Shown here: positions 13,501 to 22,542 of the stretch, in pieces
Layout: each line of letters starts with the position of its first letter
How positions within the stretch are numbered: the stretch's first letter is position 1
IMG/VR virus record: IMGVR_UViG_3300031555_010858
Location: 138,637-202,636 of that record
Reading direction: 5' to 3' (one strand)
Length of the DNA: 64,000 nucleotides
From: a virus
Lineage: Duplodnaviria > Caudoviricetes
Position numbers and translations under genes: made by a program
The notes under the pieces: model-generated
What the model was told of the DNA's origin: nothing
The model's database searches: none
What the model saw: only the letters and a program-made list of their open reading frames with translations

Positions 13501-16500
13501 TTGACAATAAGAGAACATAGCTCCCATACCAGTTACTTTACCAGTATCCCAGTTGCTTATATCTCCTACCGTAGTTAGCATATAGCAGTTATCAAATAAA
13601 CTAGTCATATCAGTTACATTACTAACATCCCAGTTACTTAAATTTAATTCAGTTATAATTCTACATGCAGCAAACATATATCTCATAGTAGTTACTTTAC
13701 CAGTATCCCAATTACTTACATCTAATGAAGTTAATGATTGACAACCATGGAACATATTACTCATAGTAGTTACTTTACCAGTATCCCAATTACTTACATC
13801 TAATGAAGTTAAATTATAACAATTACCAAACATCACACTCATATCAGTTACATTACCAGTGTCCCAGTTACTTACATCTCCTATTGAAGTCAATTCATTA
13901 CACCCGTAGAACATATGACTCATAGTAGTTACATTACTAGTATCAAAATTACTTAAATCTAATGAAGTTAATTTATTACAAATATTGAACATTGAACTCA
14001 TATTAGTCACAATACTAGTATCAAAATTACTTAAATCTAATGAAGTTAATGATCTACAATCATAGAACATAGCATACATAGTAATTACTTTACTAGTATC
14101 AAAGTTACTTACATCTAATGAAGTTAAAGATTGACATTCACGGAACATGCCATCCATAGTAATTACTTTACTAGTATCAAAATTGCTTACATCTAATGAA
14201 GTTAAAGATTGACATCGCATAAACATTTTATCCATACGAATTACATTTCTAGTATCCCAATCACTTATGTTAAGTTCTTGTAAACTTGTACATGAATTAA
14301 ATGTATGACTCATATCAGTTACATTACTAACATCCCAATTATTAATACCTATTATAGTTGTTAAAGAATTACAACCTTTGAATAATCCTTTAAAATCTTC
14401 ACCTGCCGTAACACCTAAACTAGTTACTTTATTAGTATTCCAATTAGAAACATCTAGTGAAATTAAAGAATTACAATAACAGAACATACCTGCTATATTT
14501 TCAAGAGAATCCATAACCCAATTTTCCATACCAATAATTTCAACTAAGTTGTTACATGAATTGAACATTTGTTGAGTAGTTTTAACTTTTCTCATATCCC
14601 AATTAGTTGTATTTATTCTAACTAAACTCGGACAGAAACCAAACATAACATTCATATTAGTTACGTTACTTACATCCCAATTAGATATATCACCAACATC
14701 AATTAAATTAGTACAACCTTGGAATAAACAATGCATATTAGTTACTTTACCAACATTCCAATTACTAACATCTATTGTTGTTATTAATCTACAATTAAAA
14801 AATGTATTACGCATAGTAGTTACATTACTAGTATCCCAATTACTTACATCTATACTTTGTAATTTTTCATTCATGTGAAATAAATTATCTATATTAGTTA
14901 TTTTACTAGTAACTAAATCACTAATTCCATCTATTATTTCTAATCTATAACAATTTTGGAACATATTTCTCATATCAGTTACTTTACCAGTATTCCAATT
15001 ACTTAAATCTAACGATGTTAATGATTGGCAATTATAGAACATATTATACATATTAGTTACATTACTAGTATCCCAATGACTTACATCCAATGACTGTACT
15101 AAAAAACAATCTCTGAACATATTATCCATACTTGTAACTCTACTAGTATTGAATCCACTTACATCTAATACTTCTAATGAATTACAATAAATAAACATGT
15201 ATGTCATGTCAGTTACTTTTGCAGTATTAAATCCACTCACATCTAATAATTTCAATGATTTACAGCTGTTAAACATACCACGCATATTAGTTACTTTATA
15301 TGTCTTCCAATTTGTTACGTTTAACGTTTCTAGTTGTTCACATTCATTGAACATACCTTGCATATTGGTTACATTTTCAGTATTCCAGTTATCTACATCC
15401 AGTTTAATTAATGAATTACATTTACTGCATAAATATTTCATATCAGTAACTTTAGCAGTATTCCATCCAATCACATCTACTGATTTCAGTCCATAACAAT
15501 TTTGAAATAACGCATTCATATTTGTTACATTTCCAGTATTCCAATTACCTATACCATTTATTTCTGTAAGCACATTACAATCTTTAAACATCATAAACAT
15601 ACTAGTTACATTTCCAGTATCCCATTTACTTAAATTATCTAATGTTTGTAAAGCGTTACATCCATTAAACATACTTTGCATACTAGTTACTTTGCTAGTA
15701 TTAAAATTACCAACACCTGTTATAGTATGTAATTTGTTACAATCATTGAACATTCTATACATACTAGTTACATTTCCAGTATTCCAACTAGATACGTCCA
15801 ATGAAGTTAATTCATAGCATCTCCAGAACATTTCAAACATATTATTTATATTTTTAGTATTCCAATTTTCAATACCTATTATTTCAGTAAGAGCATTACA
15901 TTGAGAGAATAAACCTCTATCAACGTTATCAATTTTACCTACTATATGTTGTACTCCACTAACGTTAAACCCACTTACATTTAACGACTTCAATGATTTA
16001 CAATCAGCAAACATAGCCATCATTGAATGCAATGTGTTTCCTGTAACCCAAGTGCTTAAATTTAAATTTGTTAATTTTTCACAACCATAGAACATATAGT
16101 CCATTTTAGTTACTCTATTAACAGTTAAGTTTTCTATACCAATTATAGAAGTTAAGTTAATACAATCTTTAAACATATTTGATGTATATAATAACCTAGG
16201 TGTATTGAAATTACTTACATTTAATGAAGTTAAACCTGTACAACCCATAAACATACCAGTCATATTAGTTACATTATCAGTATCAAAATTAGTTAAATCT
16301 ATATTATTAAGCGTTGTACAATTTGCAAATGTATTTTGTAAAATCTCAACTTTACCAGTATCCCAAGTTATTATTCCTGAAATATCTTGTAATTTTTTAC
16401 AACCATTAAAGGTATTCATCATATCTGTAACATTTGTTACATTAAGATTTTGTAATCCTATTATTTCTGTTAACTCTTCACATTCTAAGAACATATATCC

Positions 16501-17397
16501 TATAGTAGATACATTAATAGTATTCCAATTACTTATGTTAATTGATTTTAACGAATGACATCTTCTAAATACACCATTCATATATTGTGCACTATGTGTA
16601 TCCCAATTACTTACATCTATATGTTCTAATAGGTAACAATCAAAAAATGTTCCACAGAAATCTATTACGTTACCAGTATCCCAATTACTTACATCTATAC
16701 TTTCCAGTAAGTAACAATGACCGAATGTATTGTTCATATTGGTTACTTTACCAGTATCCCAATTACTTACATCTAAGTTATTTATTTTTTCACATGCATT
16801 GAACAAATTGCCCATATTAGTTACATTACCAGTATCCCAATTACTTACATCAACAGTTAATAATGATCGACAACCTCCAAATGTATTGCTCATATTAGTT
16901 ACATTACTAGTATCCCATTTAGTTGTATTGACTGATAACAATTGATTACAATCTCTAAATGTGGAATATAATGTAGTCGGATGTAACTCAGTAATGGAAT
17001 CGAATATTCTTAAATTATAACAACTAAAGAATGCATTACTTAAATTTCCATTTACTTCAGTTAAATTTTTAACTTCAACAAGACATCGTCTTATACTAGC
17101 CGTAGGTTCTGTTCCTAAACCAAAAGTAAAATGTCCTGATATATCATAAACTCCTGCTTTTTCATATACATGTACACAGGTATCGTTTAAATATCCATCA
17201 ATATTATCTCCCCAGCTTACAAGACCTTCATCTGTTATATAGTCTGCACTAGGAACTAAAGTTAAGGAATAATTATCTTCAGGAATTTTAACAGTTATTT
17301 TAGTTACTCTATTTATAGCATCATCATGTAATAACTGTTCTATTCTTTTTTCCTCTATTTTACTATCAATAGCAATTCCTTTATATATAACTTTCAT
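4546..17397 (-). CDS. Giant (4283 aa) DUF285/BspA-like leucine-rich-repeat protein; probable virion fibre/adhesin
   Basis: Tandem ~26-aa repeats MFxxCxxLTSLDVSN(W/F)DTSxVTxM in six blocks; N-terminal PKD-like motif (VSWGD...HVYEKAGVY); C-terminal domain of the kind seen in phage tail proteins (VLDGSSDESW...NPVTIVYELAEP); SD AAGGAG; no signal peptide or sortase anchor. Confidence 0.9.
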   Translation of the reverse strand: MKVIYKGIAIDSKIEEKRIEQLLHDDAINRVTKITVKIPEDNYSLTLVPSADYITDEGLVSWGDNIDGYLNDTCVHVYEKAGVYDISGHFTFGLGTEPTASIRRCLVEVKNLTEVNGNLSNAFFSCYNLRIFDSITELHPTTLYSTFRDCNQLLSVNTTKWDTSNVTNMSNTFGGCRSLLTVDVSNWDTGNVTNMGNLFNACEKINNLDVSNWDTGKVTNMNNTFGHCYLLESIDVSNWDTGNVIDFCGTFFDCYLLEHIDVSNWDTHSAQYMNGVFRRCHSLKSINISNWNTINVSTIGYMFLECEELTEIIGLQNLNVTNVTDMMNTFNGCKKLQDISGIITWDTGKVEILQNTFANCTTLNNIDLTNFDTDNVTNMTGMFMGCTGLTSLNVSNFNTPRLLYTSNMFKDCINLTSIIGIENLTVNRVTKMDYMFYGCEKLTNLNLSTWVTGNTLHSMMAMFADCKSLKSLNVSGFNVSGVQHIVGKIDNVDRGLFSQCNALTEIIGIENWNTKNINNMFEMFWRCYELTSLDVSSWNTGNVTSMYRMFNDCNKLHTITGVGNFNTSKVTSMQSMFNGCNALQTLDNLSKWDTGNVTSMFMMFKDCNVLTEINGIGNWNTGNVTNMNALFQNCYGLKSVDVIGWNTAKVTDMKYLCSKCNSLIKLDVDNWNTENVTNMQGMFNECEQLETLNVTNWKTYKVTNMRGMFNSCKSLKLLDVSGFNTAKVTDMTYMFIYCNSLEVLDVSGFNTSRVTSMDNMFRDCFLVQSLDVSHWDTSNVTNMYNMFYNCQSLTSLDLSNWNTGKVTDMRNMFQNCYRLEIIDGISDLVTSKITNIDNLFHMNEKLQSIDVSNWDTSNVTTMRNTFFNCRLITTIDVSNWNVGKVTNMHCLFQGCTNLIDVGDISNWDVSNVTNMNVMFGFCPSLVRINTTNWDMRKVKTTQQMFNSCNNLVEIIGMENWVMDSLENIAGMFCYCNSLISLDVSNWNTNKVTSLGVTAGEDFKGLFKGCNSLTTIIGINNWDVSNVTDMSHTFNSCTSLQELNISDWDTRNVIRMDKMFMRCQSLTSLDVSNFDTSKVITMDGMFRECQSLTSLDVSNFDTSKVITMYAMFYDCRSLTSLDLSNFDTSIVTNMSSMFNICNKLTSLDLSNFDTSNVTTMSHMFYGCNELTSIGDVSNWDTGNVTDMSVMFGNCYNLTSLDVSNWDTGKVTTMSNMFHGCQSLTSLDVSNWDTGKVTTMRYMFAACRIITELNLSNWDVSNVTDMTSLFDNCYMLTTVGDISNWDTGKVTGMGAMFSYCQKINGLNVSNWNVRNVAYMYYMFNECLELTSIDVSNWNTESLLQSHWMFRKCQKLTSLDVSNWDVSNVINMNHMFQHCPQLTTVGDLGNWDTHNVTTINNMFDCCNSLESLNVSNWDTSSVTNMSSAFVGCSIIPELDVSNWDTRNVTTMDRLFYSCNSLTSLDVSRWNTSKVTTMNNMFANCNNVTALDVSNWNTSNVTNMLNLFDGCNNLTSIDVSNWDTRNVDNMGGMFRACNKLTSLDVSNWNTSKVTKMDAMFSNCYSLTSLDVSNFDTGKLVNSWAMFYNCNKLTSLDVSKWNVSALKSSQEMFQLCQSLTSLDMSKWNFAPIHIYEMFCDCTNLRSITFGENWDTGNVTDMGYMFKGCKSLTTLDVSNWNTGNVTNMHYMFHSCTNLKTLDVSKWNTSKVTSLRMMFHYCISLTTIGDVSKWDTSNVTTMENTFQSCTKLNDINISNWDVSNVESIHAILHNCTSLTNVDISGWDFNNSINASVCISGLNKVKTIYFPKKHVNIVDIVYTENGQPIHGFLKNCHELTTIDFGGFDLTNAEDDLGLCMKNSPNIRYVRCDIAGTLNKIVNYLPVRTVEAPGCLITTASVTNEILSVLNSKNWNIVSLEEDGTKLASYTFDKSIYSSHVPQFNNPSSNEYGDYDGYFWNDVIDGNLVTRTLYTLRELPTTMRFGHIWINEEDDVKYQPRSHSLIDVEYVNVEGLFNMSAMFRACVNLVRVNEFNVTNKVEYLGAIFQHCINLTSLDVSNWDTSNVMYMSHVFTDCIKLTSIDVSNWDTSKATNMRGMFSGCNKLTSIDVSNFDTRNVTNMQDMFYKCTSLTSLDVSNFNTSKVTNMACMFYWLNVEYLDLRNFNTSKVETMNGMFDNCPLLKEIKGIEDFNTGKVNDMRQLFFNCNALTSLDLSKWDVSNVRLMNGLFYRCFNLESLNISTWNTANVTEMVSMFRGLRKLTSLDVSSFDTSNVTNMSWTFAGLEWDRDPSSLTEIIGLENWDTGNVRFMGAMFLGCDKITTLPISNWDVSNIADVSSLFNGCKSLVSLDISRWSFSNKLENICYMFRYCHSLTEISLNGFNTTNVKYVAAMFAGCKSITYLDCSSFILDKLEYNNGIQCDYLFNDMESLTNLNISQMDISNVVSYETIFMTTKNLELISCNKIGTIHKIIPLIPDRTGKEHGILLTTAGDKIDKECMELLAEKNWEITSEIGMLVADYIFDPEIYPSLLPFSGNYLNSCVIVDETIENYVVEETSEEVETLGIDEENYGIMTLEEPSSRRVIRRKIYNVKEKKPSYLRFGTGVWDIIDNRSDSLLEVKYLDIENCTYLYRLFGCCRNLIKVDGVVITNKTDNIQQTFHGCRNLVYLNTEGWDTSNVLITQGMFQNCDKLTSLDVSNWNTSKVTNTNFMFQYCQSLASLDLSNWDTGKVTTMRFMFKGCQSLTSLDLSNFDTSKVINMESMFNACYNLTILDISNFTINADCVVGNMFDGIPIKYLKLDDVPSLINIMDQLPTKTTVNKGHVVTYNPARLTITNINLIKAKNWEAHSIDDCTVAAYGFDNTVHNDLMPLFNEDYDTSALVISDHVHGGYFVHRDIMNFEGKRPTSIKFGGDEPDARTNALMQIGDINLTGITDYSEMFKNCTNLNYLNICVGEKTPTNVSHMFEGCSNLELFDIYGMKYDGITSYEGMFAGCNKLCKIRVKDIQNEIFMNILNDENNNFANVKELVSSHVHDLTEEERGVIEGLGWGLKGMIAHYAYDSIIANDYLPVFNDEFTDFEVFDYLNERQGIMHRTIESNMLPTMMRFGTDNVFTYALLEVYDMDTRELTTGENMFGYVFSVNKISCDWKTEKMTSTRQMFTGCQKLTYVDVSGFNTGNVTDMNHMFHCCHSLTTLDVSNFDTSKVTDMHNMFYGCIGIKTIDVSGFDTSKVTDMCYMFHDCKSLTSLDVSNFDTSNVTNMKYMFANCRSLTSLDVSNFDTSKVTNMRNMFADCLIMASLDVSGFDTSKVTNMYAMFCGCDNISNIHLSNWDTSKVTDMISIFAYADNLKLLDMKNLDISNCTDGNINKLIGVNGNIHLYVRYIRCDNIDTINRILYMIPDRSSVTTNITTYELPKPSYENDIMTLELDYEEPELVPVVNTVTTELEPGILISDAEISEETLAALAAKNWTVVTSDSFIKVAEYVYDPDVWASLIPDFNAEFINYFIDDEEIEGEAADGTVKTLIKRTIWSLGELPTVMRFGTYWIDSATDQRKEYESLLEILYADVSKVTNMMAMFRRNAYLRKVNSSTWDVSNTVDMIAMCQHCYNLTSIDVSNWDVSNVTDMHAMFQECYNLTSLDVSNWDTGNVTGMGSMFHGCYNLTSLDVSNWNTGKVTNMGSMFSNCKLLTSLDVSNWNTSNVTNMYAMFDNCNNLTSLDVSNFDTSKVTNMSSMFNGCSKLTSLDVSNFNTSKVTYMNYVFKNAYKLENIDVSNWDTSKVTTFKDFIGDCFEIERLDLSSFTGESCNTAEDFLYFNNDKTAKLKSIDISNMIIHEGISYTKFLYVENNELANLTDIGMVHCDVRTINIVAGMTPVQPITIWIGTHLTADEIASLDQYDHITYSIQLENAERLLLSSPLLEGDEIKVVDGKLCHVHNMEIVVLDGSSDESWNNNGTDTATHATYYSRRIHYNNATNNIICNIKSDIYISTESIDFNKAGLFKFDENNNEIDGLGIYFKNIIYIRVSKEEIKSLSEFTNELKENPVTIVYELAEPYTEVIDLPRANIDVELYENGVLYMSDPTASTNRVDSDGNMIIDVIQGDSVVNVSNQQFSIELSEEANAPIQTGEILEDNSIRPKFYGRTMVNLMDRIGWEKLIDSVDNYVAYVYNSHDITNEPITIVNFNNKPIKIGIYNSEVQNADGKGVDIAANSSVIISLSEVESLFSVLGGFADGWTEENMHELKNVNIFEGELSEDELPENRMSGMRNAFDKYQTTEGKYRVEMVVSNSPIQFGKAGRK
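6100..17050 (-). repeat. Coding tandem repeats of ~78 bp (DUF285-type) with a near-invariant core and short variable segments
   Basis: The + strand core CATATTAGTTACTTTACTAGTATC(A/C)(A/C)AATTACTTACATCTAATGAAGTTAA recurs many times with minor variation; the same unit occurs at about 1850-2880 and 3650-4200. Confidence 0.9.
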
Positions 17398-17434
17398 AAT
17401 TTATCTGTCTCCTTTCTTATAATAAATTATACAT

Positions 17435-17446
17435 TATCTATTTGTT
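17435..17446 (-). promoter_or_regulatory. AR9-type late promoter AACA-N6-TA
   Basis: AACA-AATAGA-TA upstream of the 4283-aa gene; identical to the paralog's copy. Confidence 0.65.
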
Positions 17447-17454
17447 TTTGAATA

Positions 17455-17494
17455 GAAAAAATAAAGAGAAGACAAATATCGTCCTCTCTTTATT
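17455..17494 (-). terminator. Intrinsic terminator
   Basis: AATAAAGAGA.GAC / GTC.TCTCTTTATT stem followed by a U-tract on minus. Confidence 0.6.
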
Positions 17495-17500
17495 AGTTAA

Positions 17501-18115
17501 TTACTCTATTCCGTTTATTATATTTTCAATATCTGTATCTGTAACCTCAGGGCATTTACAAATTGGCTCAATAGGTTTTCTAGGAATAATAGATATTTTT
17601 CTTTCACCTTCTACTATTACAAACTCACCGAATAATAAATAAGTTTGATCACCAAGTTTAACATCAACACCATTAACTCCAAGAATACTTTCATCAAATT
17701 CCATATAGTTTCCAAATCCATCATCTTTAACAGCTATTAAGTCAAAGATTACTGGAATAGCAATTACTATAAATTGCCCTTGTTTTACATTTCCTAACGG
17801 TACTGTTCTTTGACCTGGTTTAGTTGTCATAAACTTATCATTATTAAACATGTCTATTGTTATATCCTTAAATGAATGAACATTTCCAACATCTTGAGGA
17901 TCTAATATACCATAATACATTGGAGCAGTTACATCATATTCAGGAACTGTGAATATTTGTAATAAATCATTAACTTCATTGATAGAACCTAAAATAGTTT
18001 TATCATCAGTTTTTAATTGTTCGAAGTTTTTACCTTCAATTTCAGCTCTAATTTGATTAGCTAAATTTATAACAAATTCTTCTGTAGCTAAAGTAACTAC
18101 TTTTTTAGCACCCAT
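17501..18115 (-). CDS. Probable tail fibre-associated protein
   Basis: LKTDDKTILGSINEV matches the LxTxxKxxxGAINE motif common in Firmicute phage fibre proteins; lies between the collagen and LRR genes. Confidence 0.6.
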   Translation of the reverse strand: MGAKKVVTLATEEFVINLANQIRAEIEGKNFEQLKTDDKTILGSINEVNDLLQIFTVPEYDVTAPMYYGILDPQDVGNVHSFKDITIDMFNNDKFMTTKPGQRTVPLGNVKQGQFIVIAIPVIFDLIAVKDDGFGNYMEFDESILGVNGVDVKLGDQTYLLFGEFVIVEGERKISIIPRKPIEPICKCPEVTDTDIENIINGIE

Positions 18116-18138
18116 ATATTTTCACATCCTTTCTTTAT

Positions 18139-18150
18139 TATAGGCTTGTT
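18139..18150 (-). promoter_or_regulatory. AR9-type late promoter AACA-N6-TA
   Basis: AACA-AGCCTA-TA. Confidence 0.6.
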
Positions 18151-18155
18151 TTTTC

Positions 18156-21100
18156 CTATTCTTTAGGTATAAATACTTTAGAAACTCCATCTATAGTTAC
18201 AACTAATTCTCCATTTGCGTTGAACTTAAACATATTAGCTAATTCTTTAACTGCAGAGAATAAACTTACACCATGACAGTTTTCATTAGATAAGTTGATT
18301 CTTATAACATTAGTTTCTATAATATTTCCATTTTCGTCAAGCCATTCTATTATATAATCCCAGCCTATAGGTTTTGCAGCTGTAGAATTTTTACCAAAAT
18401 AAGTCCAATTCCCTCCGTTTAAACTAGCAAGTGCTAACCATATAGTTTTAGATGTGTTACCTTCTAGTTTAATATTTCTTTCAGTAATAACACCCTTATC
18501 ACCTTCATTAAATGCAACAGCACCTTCTGGAGCTTGTGTAGTCATTGCCATATAATACATATTAGCATTACCACCATCTCCTACTTCTTGTTGAGTAAAT
18601 ACAGCATTATTTGGACACATTATTCTTATTTCATCTTCTCTGTACTCAACAATAGTTCCTTCCGGTACATTAGTTATTTTATGTTTAGGTTGTTCTAAAA
18701 TTTCAATTCTTTCTTTTATTTCAGAATCATCGTATAACAATTCATTTAACTCTTCTTCTGTGAAGTAATCTACACCTTTTACTGGAGTATAACCATCTTC
18801 ACCTTTATCTCCTTTAGGTCCTTGTTCTCCTCTAGGTCCAACTTCACCTTGTAGACCTTTTTCACCTTGGTCTCCTTTAGGTCCTTGTTGCCCTGGTTCA
18901 CCACGTAATCCTTGTGGTCCAGTTGGTCCAGGTACACCTTGTAATCCTCTTTCACCTTGAGGTCCTTGTTCACCTTGTTGACCTTTAGGTCCTTCTGGTC
19001 CAGGTACACCTTGTAGACCTTTTTCACCTTGTAATCCTTGAGGTCCTTGTTCACCTTGTAATCCTTGAATACCTTGTGGTCCTCTATCTCCTTTAGGTCC
19101 TTGTGGTCCAGCAGGTCCTTCTGGTCCTACTAAAGCAGCTAATTGAACTGCAGTAAAATCTTCATATCTAAATGGATCTCCTTTGTCACCTTTATCTCCT
19201 TTTGGTCCTTGTTCACCTTTTAAAGCAGCTTTTTGTATTTCATTAAGATCGTCAAAAGACATAGGTTCACCTTTAGGTCCTTGTGGTCCAGCAGGTCCTT
19301 CTGGTCCTCTTAATGCTTCTAATTGTTCTAATGTAAAGTCACCGTATTCAAATGGTTCACCTTTAGGTCCTCTTTCACCTTGAGGTCCTTGAGGTCCAAC
19401 ATGACCTATTTCACCTTGAGGTCCCATTTCACCTTGATCACCTTTATCTCCCTTAGGTCCTCTAGGTCCTTCTGGTCCAACTTCACCTTGGATACCTTGA
19501 GGTCCTCTTAAATATCTTAATTCTTCTATAGTGAAATCTTCATATTTAAATGGATCTCCTTTATCACCTTTATCCCCCTTAGGTCCTTTCATTTCTTCTA
19601 AGAATTCTTCTACAGTACCTTCTTCATTTCCTTCTATAGTTTTCCATGCTTGATAAGCAGAATGTCCTTGAGGTCCTTCTGGTCCTTGTATACCTTGTGG
19701 TCCCATTGGTCCTTGAGGTCCAACTTCACCTTGGATACCTTGAGGTCCTCTTAATTCTTCTAATTGATCTATAGTGAAATCACCATATTCAAAAGCATCA
19801 CCTTTAGGTCCTTGTTCTCCTTGATCTCCTTTTTCCCCTCTTATAGCCTCAATAAATTCTTCTACAGTACCTTCTTCATTTCCTTCTATAGTTCTCCATG
19901 CATGATAAGCAGAATGTCCTTGTTCACCTTTTTCTCCTTGTGGTCCTTGAGGTCCAACTTCACCTTGAGGTCCAACTTCACCTTGTATACCTTGAGGTCC
20001 TCTTAACTCAGCTAGTTGTGCTAATGTGAAATCTTCATATAAGAAAGGTTTACCTTGTGGTCCTTCTGGTCCTTGAGGTCCTTTTAATTCTATAAGTTGT
20101 TCTTTAGTAAAATCTTCATATTTAAATGGTTCTCCTTTAGGTCCTTGTTCACCTTGTGGACCAACTTCACCTTGATCACCTTTAGGTCCTTTTAAGAATT
20201 TTAATTGTTCTATAGTAAAGTCTTCATATTTAAAAGGTTCCCCTTGTGGTCCAGCAGGTCCTTCTGGTCCTTGTGGTCCTATTAAATCGACTAATTGCTC
20301 TTTAGTAAAATCTTCATATTTAAACGGATCACCTTTTTCTCCTTGTGGTCCTTTTAATAATCTTAATTGTTCTATAGTAAAATCATCGAATTTAAATGGT
20401 TCTCCTTTAGGTCCTTGCTCTCCTTGTGGACCAATTAATGATTCTAACCATTCTTTCATATCTCCTTCAAAACCAACTTCAACTGCAATATCATAAGCAG
20501 ATTTTCCTCTAGGACCTTCTGGTCCGATTAAATCTAATAATTGATCTTCAGTAAAGTCTTCATATTTAAAAGGTTCTCCTTTAGGTCCAACAGGTCCTTC
20601 TGGTCCTATTTCACCTTTAGGTCCTTGCTTACCTCTAGGTCCTCTTATAGCTTCTAATTGTTCTATAGTAAAATCGTCGAATCCGAATGCTTCACCTTGA
20701 GGTCCTTGTTCTCCTTGTGGTCCTTTTAAACTTTCAAACCACTCTTCTAAAGAACCTTCAAATCCGTTTTCTACTGCTAATTCATATGCAGATTTACCAT
20801 ATCCACCAATTACTTCTGGTTTTTCTTCTACTACTTCTAACATAGATGTATCACCATTAATAACTTCAGCGTTCATTATACATCCTTTTATTTCTGGTAT
20901 AGTAACACCATTACTAAATCCAGGAGCTAATTTATGTACAGTACCTCCATTTAATTCTATATAATGGTCGTATACTACAGATGCAGGTGATCCACCAGCA
21001 TAAAATCTATCTACAATACCTCCATTTATAACTAAGTGAGATTTATCCACAATTCCTCTATTAGCACTTTGTAATACGTTTACTGTACCTCCATTAACTA

Positions 21101-22436
21101 TTATCTCTCCAAATCTAGTGTATCCATTTGCTCCACCAGCAATAGCAAAGTTAATTATACATCCATCGTTTATTTCCATTCTTCCTTTATTTACTACGCC
21201 GAATCCTCCAGTTCCTACATAAGCGTTTCCGTTACAAACTACATTGTTAAGTTTTATATCAACTTCATGGATTATAAGTTTTTCAGGTTGTTTTTTATCT
21301 ATAGGTTTTTCACAATCACCGCAGCATATTTGTTCAACTTGACAATTTTCCATAACTAATTCTGCTTTTCCTATATTACCTTCAAAATATCCACCTACAT
21401 TAACACCATATATTTTAACATTTCTAACATCTAAGAATGTGTTAGGTAGAACTCTTCTTATTTCATGTTTTCTTGGTCCATAACCACCATATATTATAGT
21501 TTTAGGAGCATCTTCAGCAAGTATTGCTATATAACAGTGTTTTTGATTAAATTTATATCTCACTATAATAGAATCTTCTGGTTCATTTTCATCATATTTA
21601 TGATCTTTATTAATATCAACAACTGTTGGATAACCACACATAAATACTCTATTATAATTGTGTAAGTATTCTACATAAGGTTCATCGTCTAATAATAACT
21701 CTCTAATTTCTTCATCATTATAAACTAATCTATCTATTTCTTCTTCAGTGAAATAATCAACACCTTTGATAGGAGTATATCCTGGTTCACCTGGTTCTCC
21801 TTTAGGTCCTGCCACACCAGCTGGTCCTTGTATACCTTGAGGTCCCATTGGTCCTTGTGCACCAACAGGTCCTTGTGGTCCTCTTAGATTTTCTAACTGA
21901 TCTAACGTGAAATCACTAAATTTAAACGGATCTCCTTTAGGTCCAGGCTCACCTTGAGGTCCTTGTGGTCCAACCTCACCTTGAGGTCCAGTTAACAGTT
22001 CTAATTGTTCTATAGTAAAATCTTCATATTTAAAAGGCTCACCTTGAGGTCCTTGTGGTCCAACCTCACCTTGAGGTCCTACTAAAGCTGCTAACTGTTC
22101 TTCTGTAAAATCTTCATACGTAAATGCTTTTCCATTAGCTTGTAATGATTCTAACCATTCTTCTACAGTACCTTCGAATCCATTATCAACGGCAAGTTCA
22201 TACGCAGATTTACCATTTTCACCAGCAGTAGCTTCTCCACCACCAACAGATATCCATTCACCAGGCATTCCACCTTTAATACATACGAATATAGGTTCTG
22301 TTGCTTGAGTTTCACCTATGTTTACAATTATATCTCCCTTACGATACACTATTTTATTATTGGCAGTTGGTATACTATCACCAATAAAAACAAATCGTGA
22401 AGATTGATAAAATTCTCTTTCATCGTAATTACTCAT
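18156..22436 (-). CDS. Collagen-like (Gly-X-Y) phage fibre protein
   Basis: Long [10 protein letters not shown] runs interrupted by FKYEDFTxEQLxxL, [24 protein letters not shown] and [15 protein letters not shown] motifs. ATG at 22436 is better spaced from SD AAAGGTG than the track start at 22451. Confidence 0.85.
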   Translation of the reverse strand: MSNYDEREFYQSSRFVFIGDSIPTANNKIVYRKGDIIVNIGETQATEPIFVCIKGGMPGEWISVGGGEATAGENGKSAYELAVDNGFEGTVEEWLESLQANGKAFTYEDFTEEQLAALVGPQGEVGPQGPQGEPFKYEDFTIEQLELLTGPQGEVGPQGPQGEPGPKGDPFKFSDFTLDQLENLRGPQGPVGAQGPMGPQGIQGPAGVAGPKGEPGEPGYTPIKGVDYFTEEEIDRLVYNDEEIRELLLDDEPYVEYLHNYNRVFMCGYPTVVDINKDHKYDENEPEDSIIVRYKFNQKHCYIAILAEDAPKTIIYGGYGPRKHEIRRVLPNTFLDVRNVKIYGVNVGGYFEGNIGKAELVMENCQVEQICCGDCEKPIDKKQPEKLIIHEVDIKLNNVVCNGNAYVGTGGFGVVNKGRMEINDGCIINFAIAGGANGYTRFGEIIVNGGTVNVLQSANRGIVDKSHLVINGGIVDRFYAGGSPASVVYDHYIELNGGTVHKLAPGFSNGVTIPEIKGCIMNAEVINGDTSMLEVVEEKPEVIGGYGKSAYELAVENGFEGSLEEWFESLKGPQGEQGPQGEAFGFDDFTIEQLEAIRGPRGKQGPKGEIGPEGPVGPKGEPFKYEDFTEDQLLDLIGPEGPRGKSAYDIAVEVGFEGDMKEWLESLIGPQGEQGPKGEPFKFDDFTIEQLRLLKGPQGEKGDPFKYEDFTKEQLVDLIGPQGPEGPAGPQGEPFKYEDFTIEQLKFLKGPKGDQGEVGPQGEQGPKGEPFKYEDFTKEQLIELKGPQGPEGPQGKPFLYEDFTLAQLAELRGPQGIQGEVGPQGEVGPQGPQGEKGEQGHSAYHAWRTIEGNEEGTVEEFIEAIRGEKGDQGEQGPKGDAFEYGDFTIDQLEELRGPQGIQGEVGPQGPMGPQGIQGPEGPQGHSAYQAWKTIEGNEEGTVEEFLEEMKGPKGDKGDKGDPFKYEDFTIEELRYLRGPQGIQGEVGPEGPRGPKGDKGDQGEMGPQGEIGHVGPQGPQGERGPKGEPFEYGDFTLEQLEALRGPEGPAGPQGPKGEPMSFDDLNEIQKAALKGEQGPKGDKGDKGDPFRYEDFTAVQLAALVGPEGPAGPQGPKGDRGPQGIQGLQGEQGPQGLQGEKGLQGVPGPEGPKGQQGEQGPQGERGLQGVPGPTGPQGLRGEPGQQGPKGDQGEKGLQGEVGPRGEQGPKGDKGEDGYTPVKGVDYFTEEELNELLYDDSEIKERIEILEQPKHKITNVPEGTIVEYREDEIRIMCPNNAVFTQQEVGDGGNANMYYMAMTTQAPEGAVAFNEGDKGVITERNIKLEGNTSKTIWLALASLNGGNWTYFGKNSTAAKPIGWDYIIEWLDENGNIIETNVIRINLSNENCHGVSLFSAVKELANMFKFNANGELVVTIDGVSKVFIPKE

Positions 22437-22483
22437 AGGAATTATCAACACCTTTCTTATAAAATTTTAAGTATCTAATTACT

Positions 22484-22495
22484 TACCTAATTGTT
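22484..22495 (-). promoter_or_regulatory. AR9-type late promoter AACA-N6-TA
   Basis: AACA-ATTAGG-TA upstream of the collagen gene. Confidence 0.65.
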
Positions 22496-22500
22496 TTCTT

Positions 22501-22539
22501 AAAAGAATTATGAGTATAGACTTGGTTGTCTATACTCAT
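22501..22539 (-). terminator. Intrinsic terminator-like hairpin
   Basis: ATGAGTATAGAC / GTCTATACTCAT 12-bp stem right after the stop of the 22543 gene. Confidence 0.6.
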
Positions 22540-22542
22540 TTT

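Noticed and set aside
6100-17050. CRISPR-like alternation of constant and variable segments
   Set aside because: The period is about 78 bp and in frame, the repeats are degenerate at synonymous sites, and the region is one continuous ORF; no cas operon or leader is present.
1-17397. Diversity-generating retroelement acting on the LRR genes
   Set aside because: No reverse transcriptase in the window and no TR/VR pair differing only at adenines was seen; elements outside the window cannot be excluded.
2020-17642. Many plus-strand ORFs in the track (ILVTLLVFQLLTSNEV-type)
   Set aside because: These are antisense shadows of the minus-strand repeat genes, with no SD sites.
18779-21665. Short alternative-frame and antisense ORFs within the collagen gene
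   Set aside because: By-products of Gly-X-Y codon periodicity.
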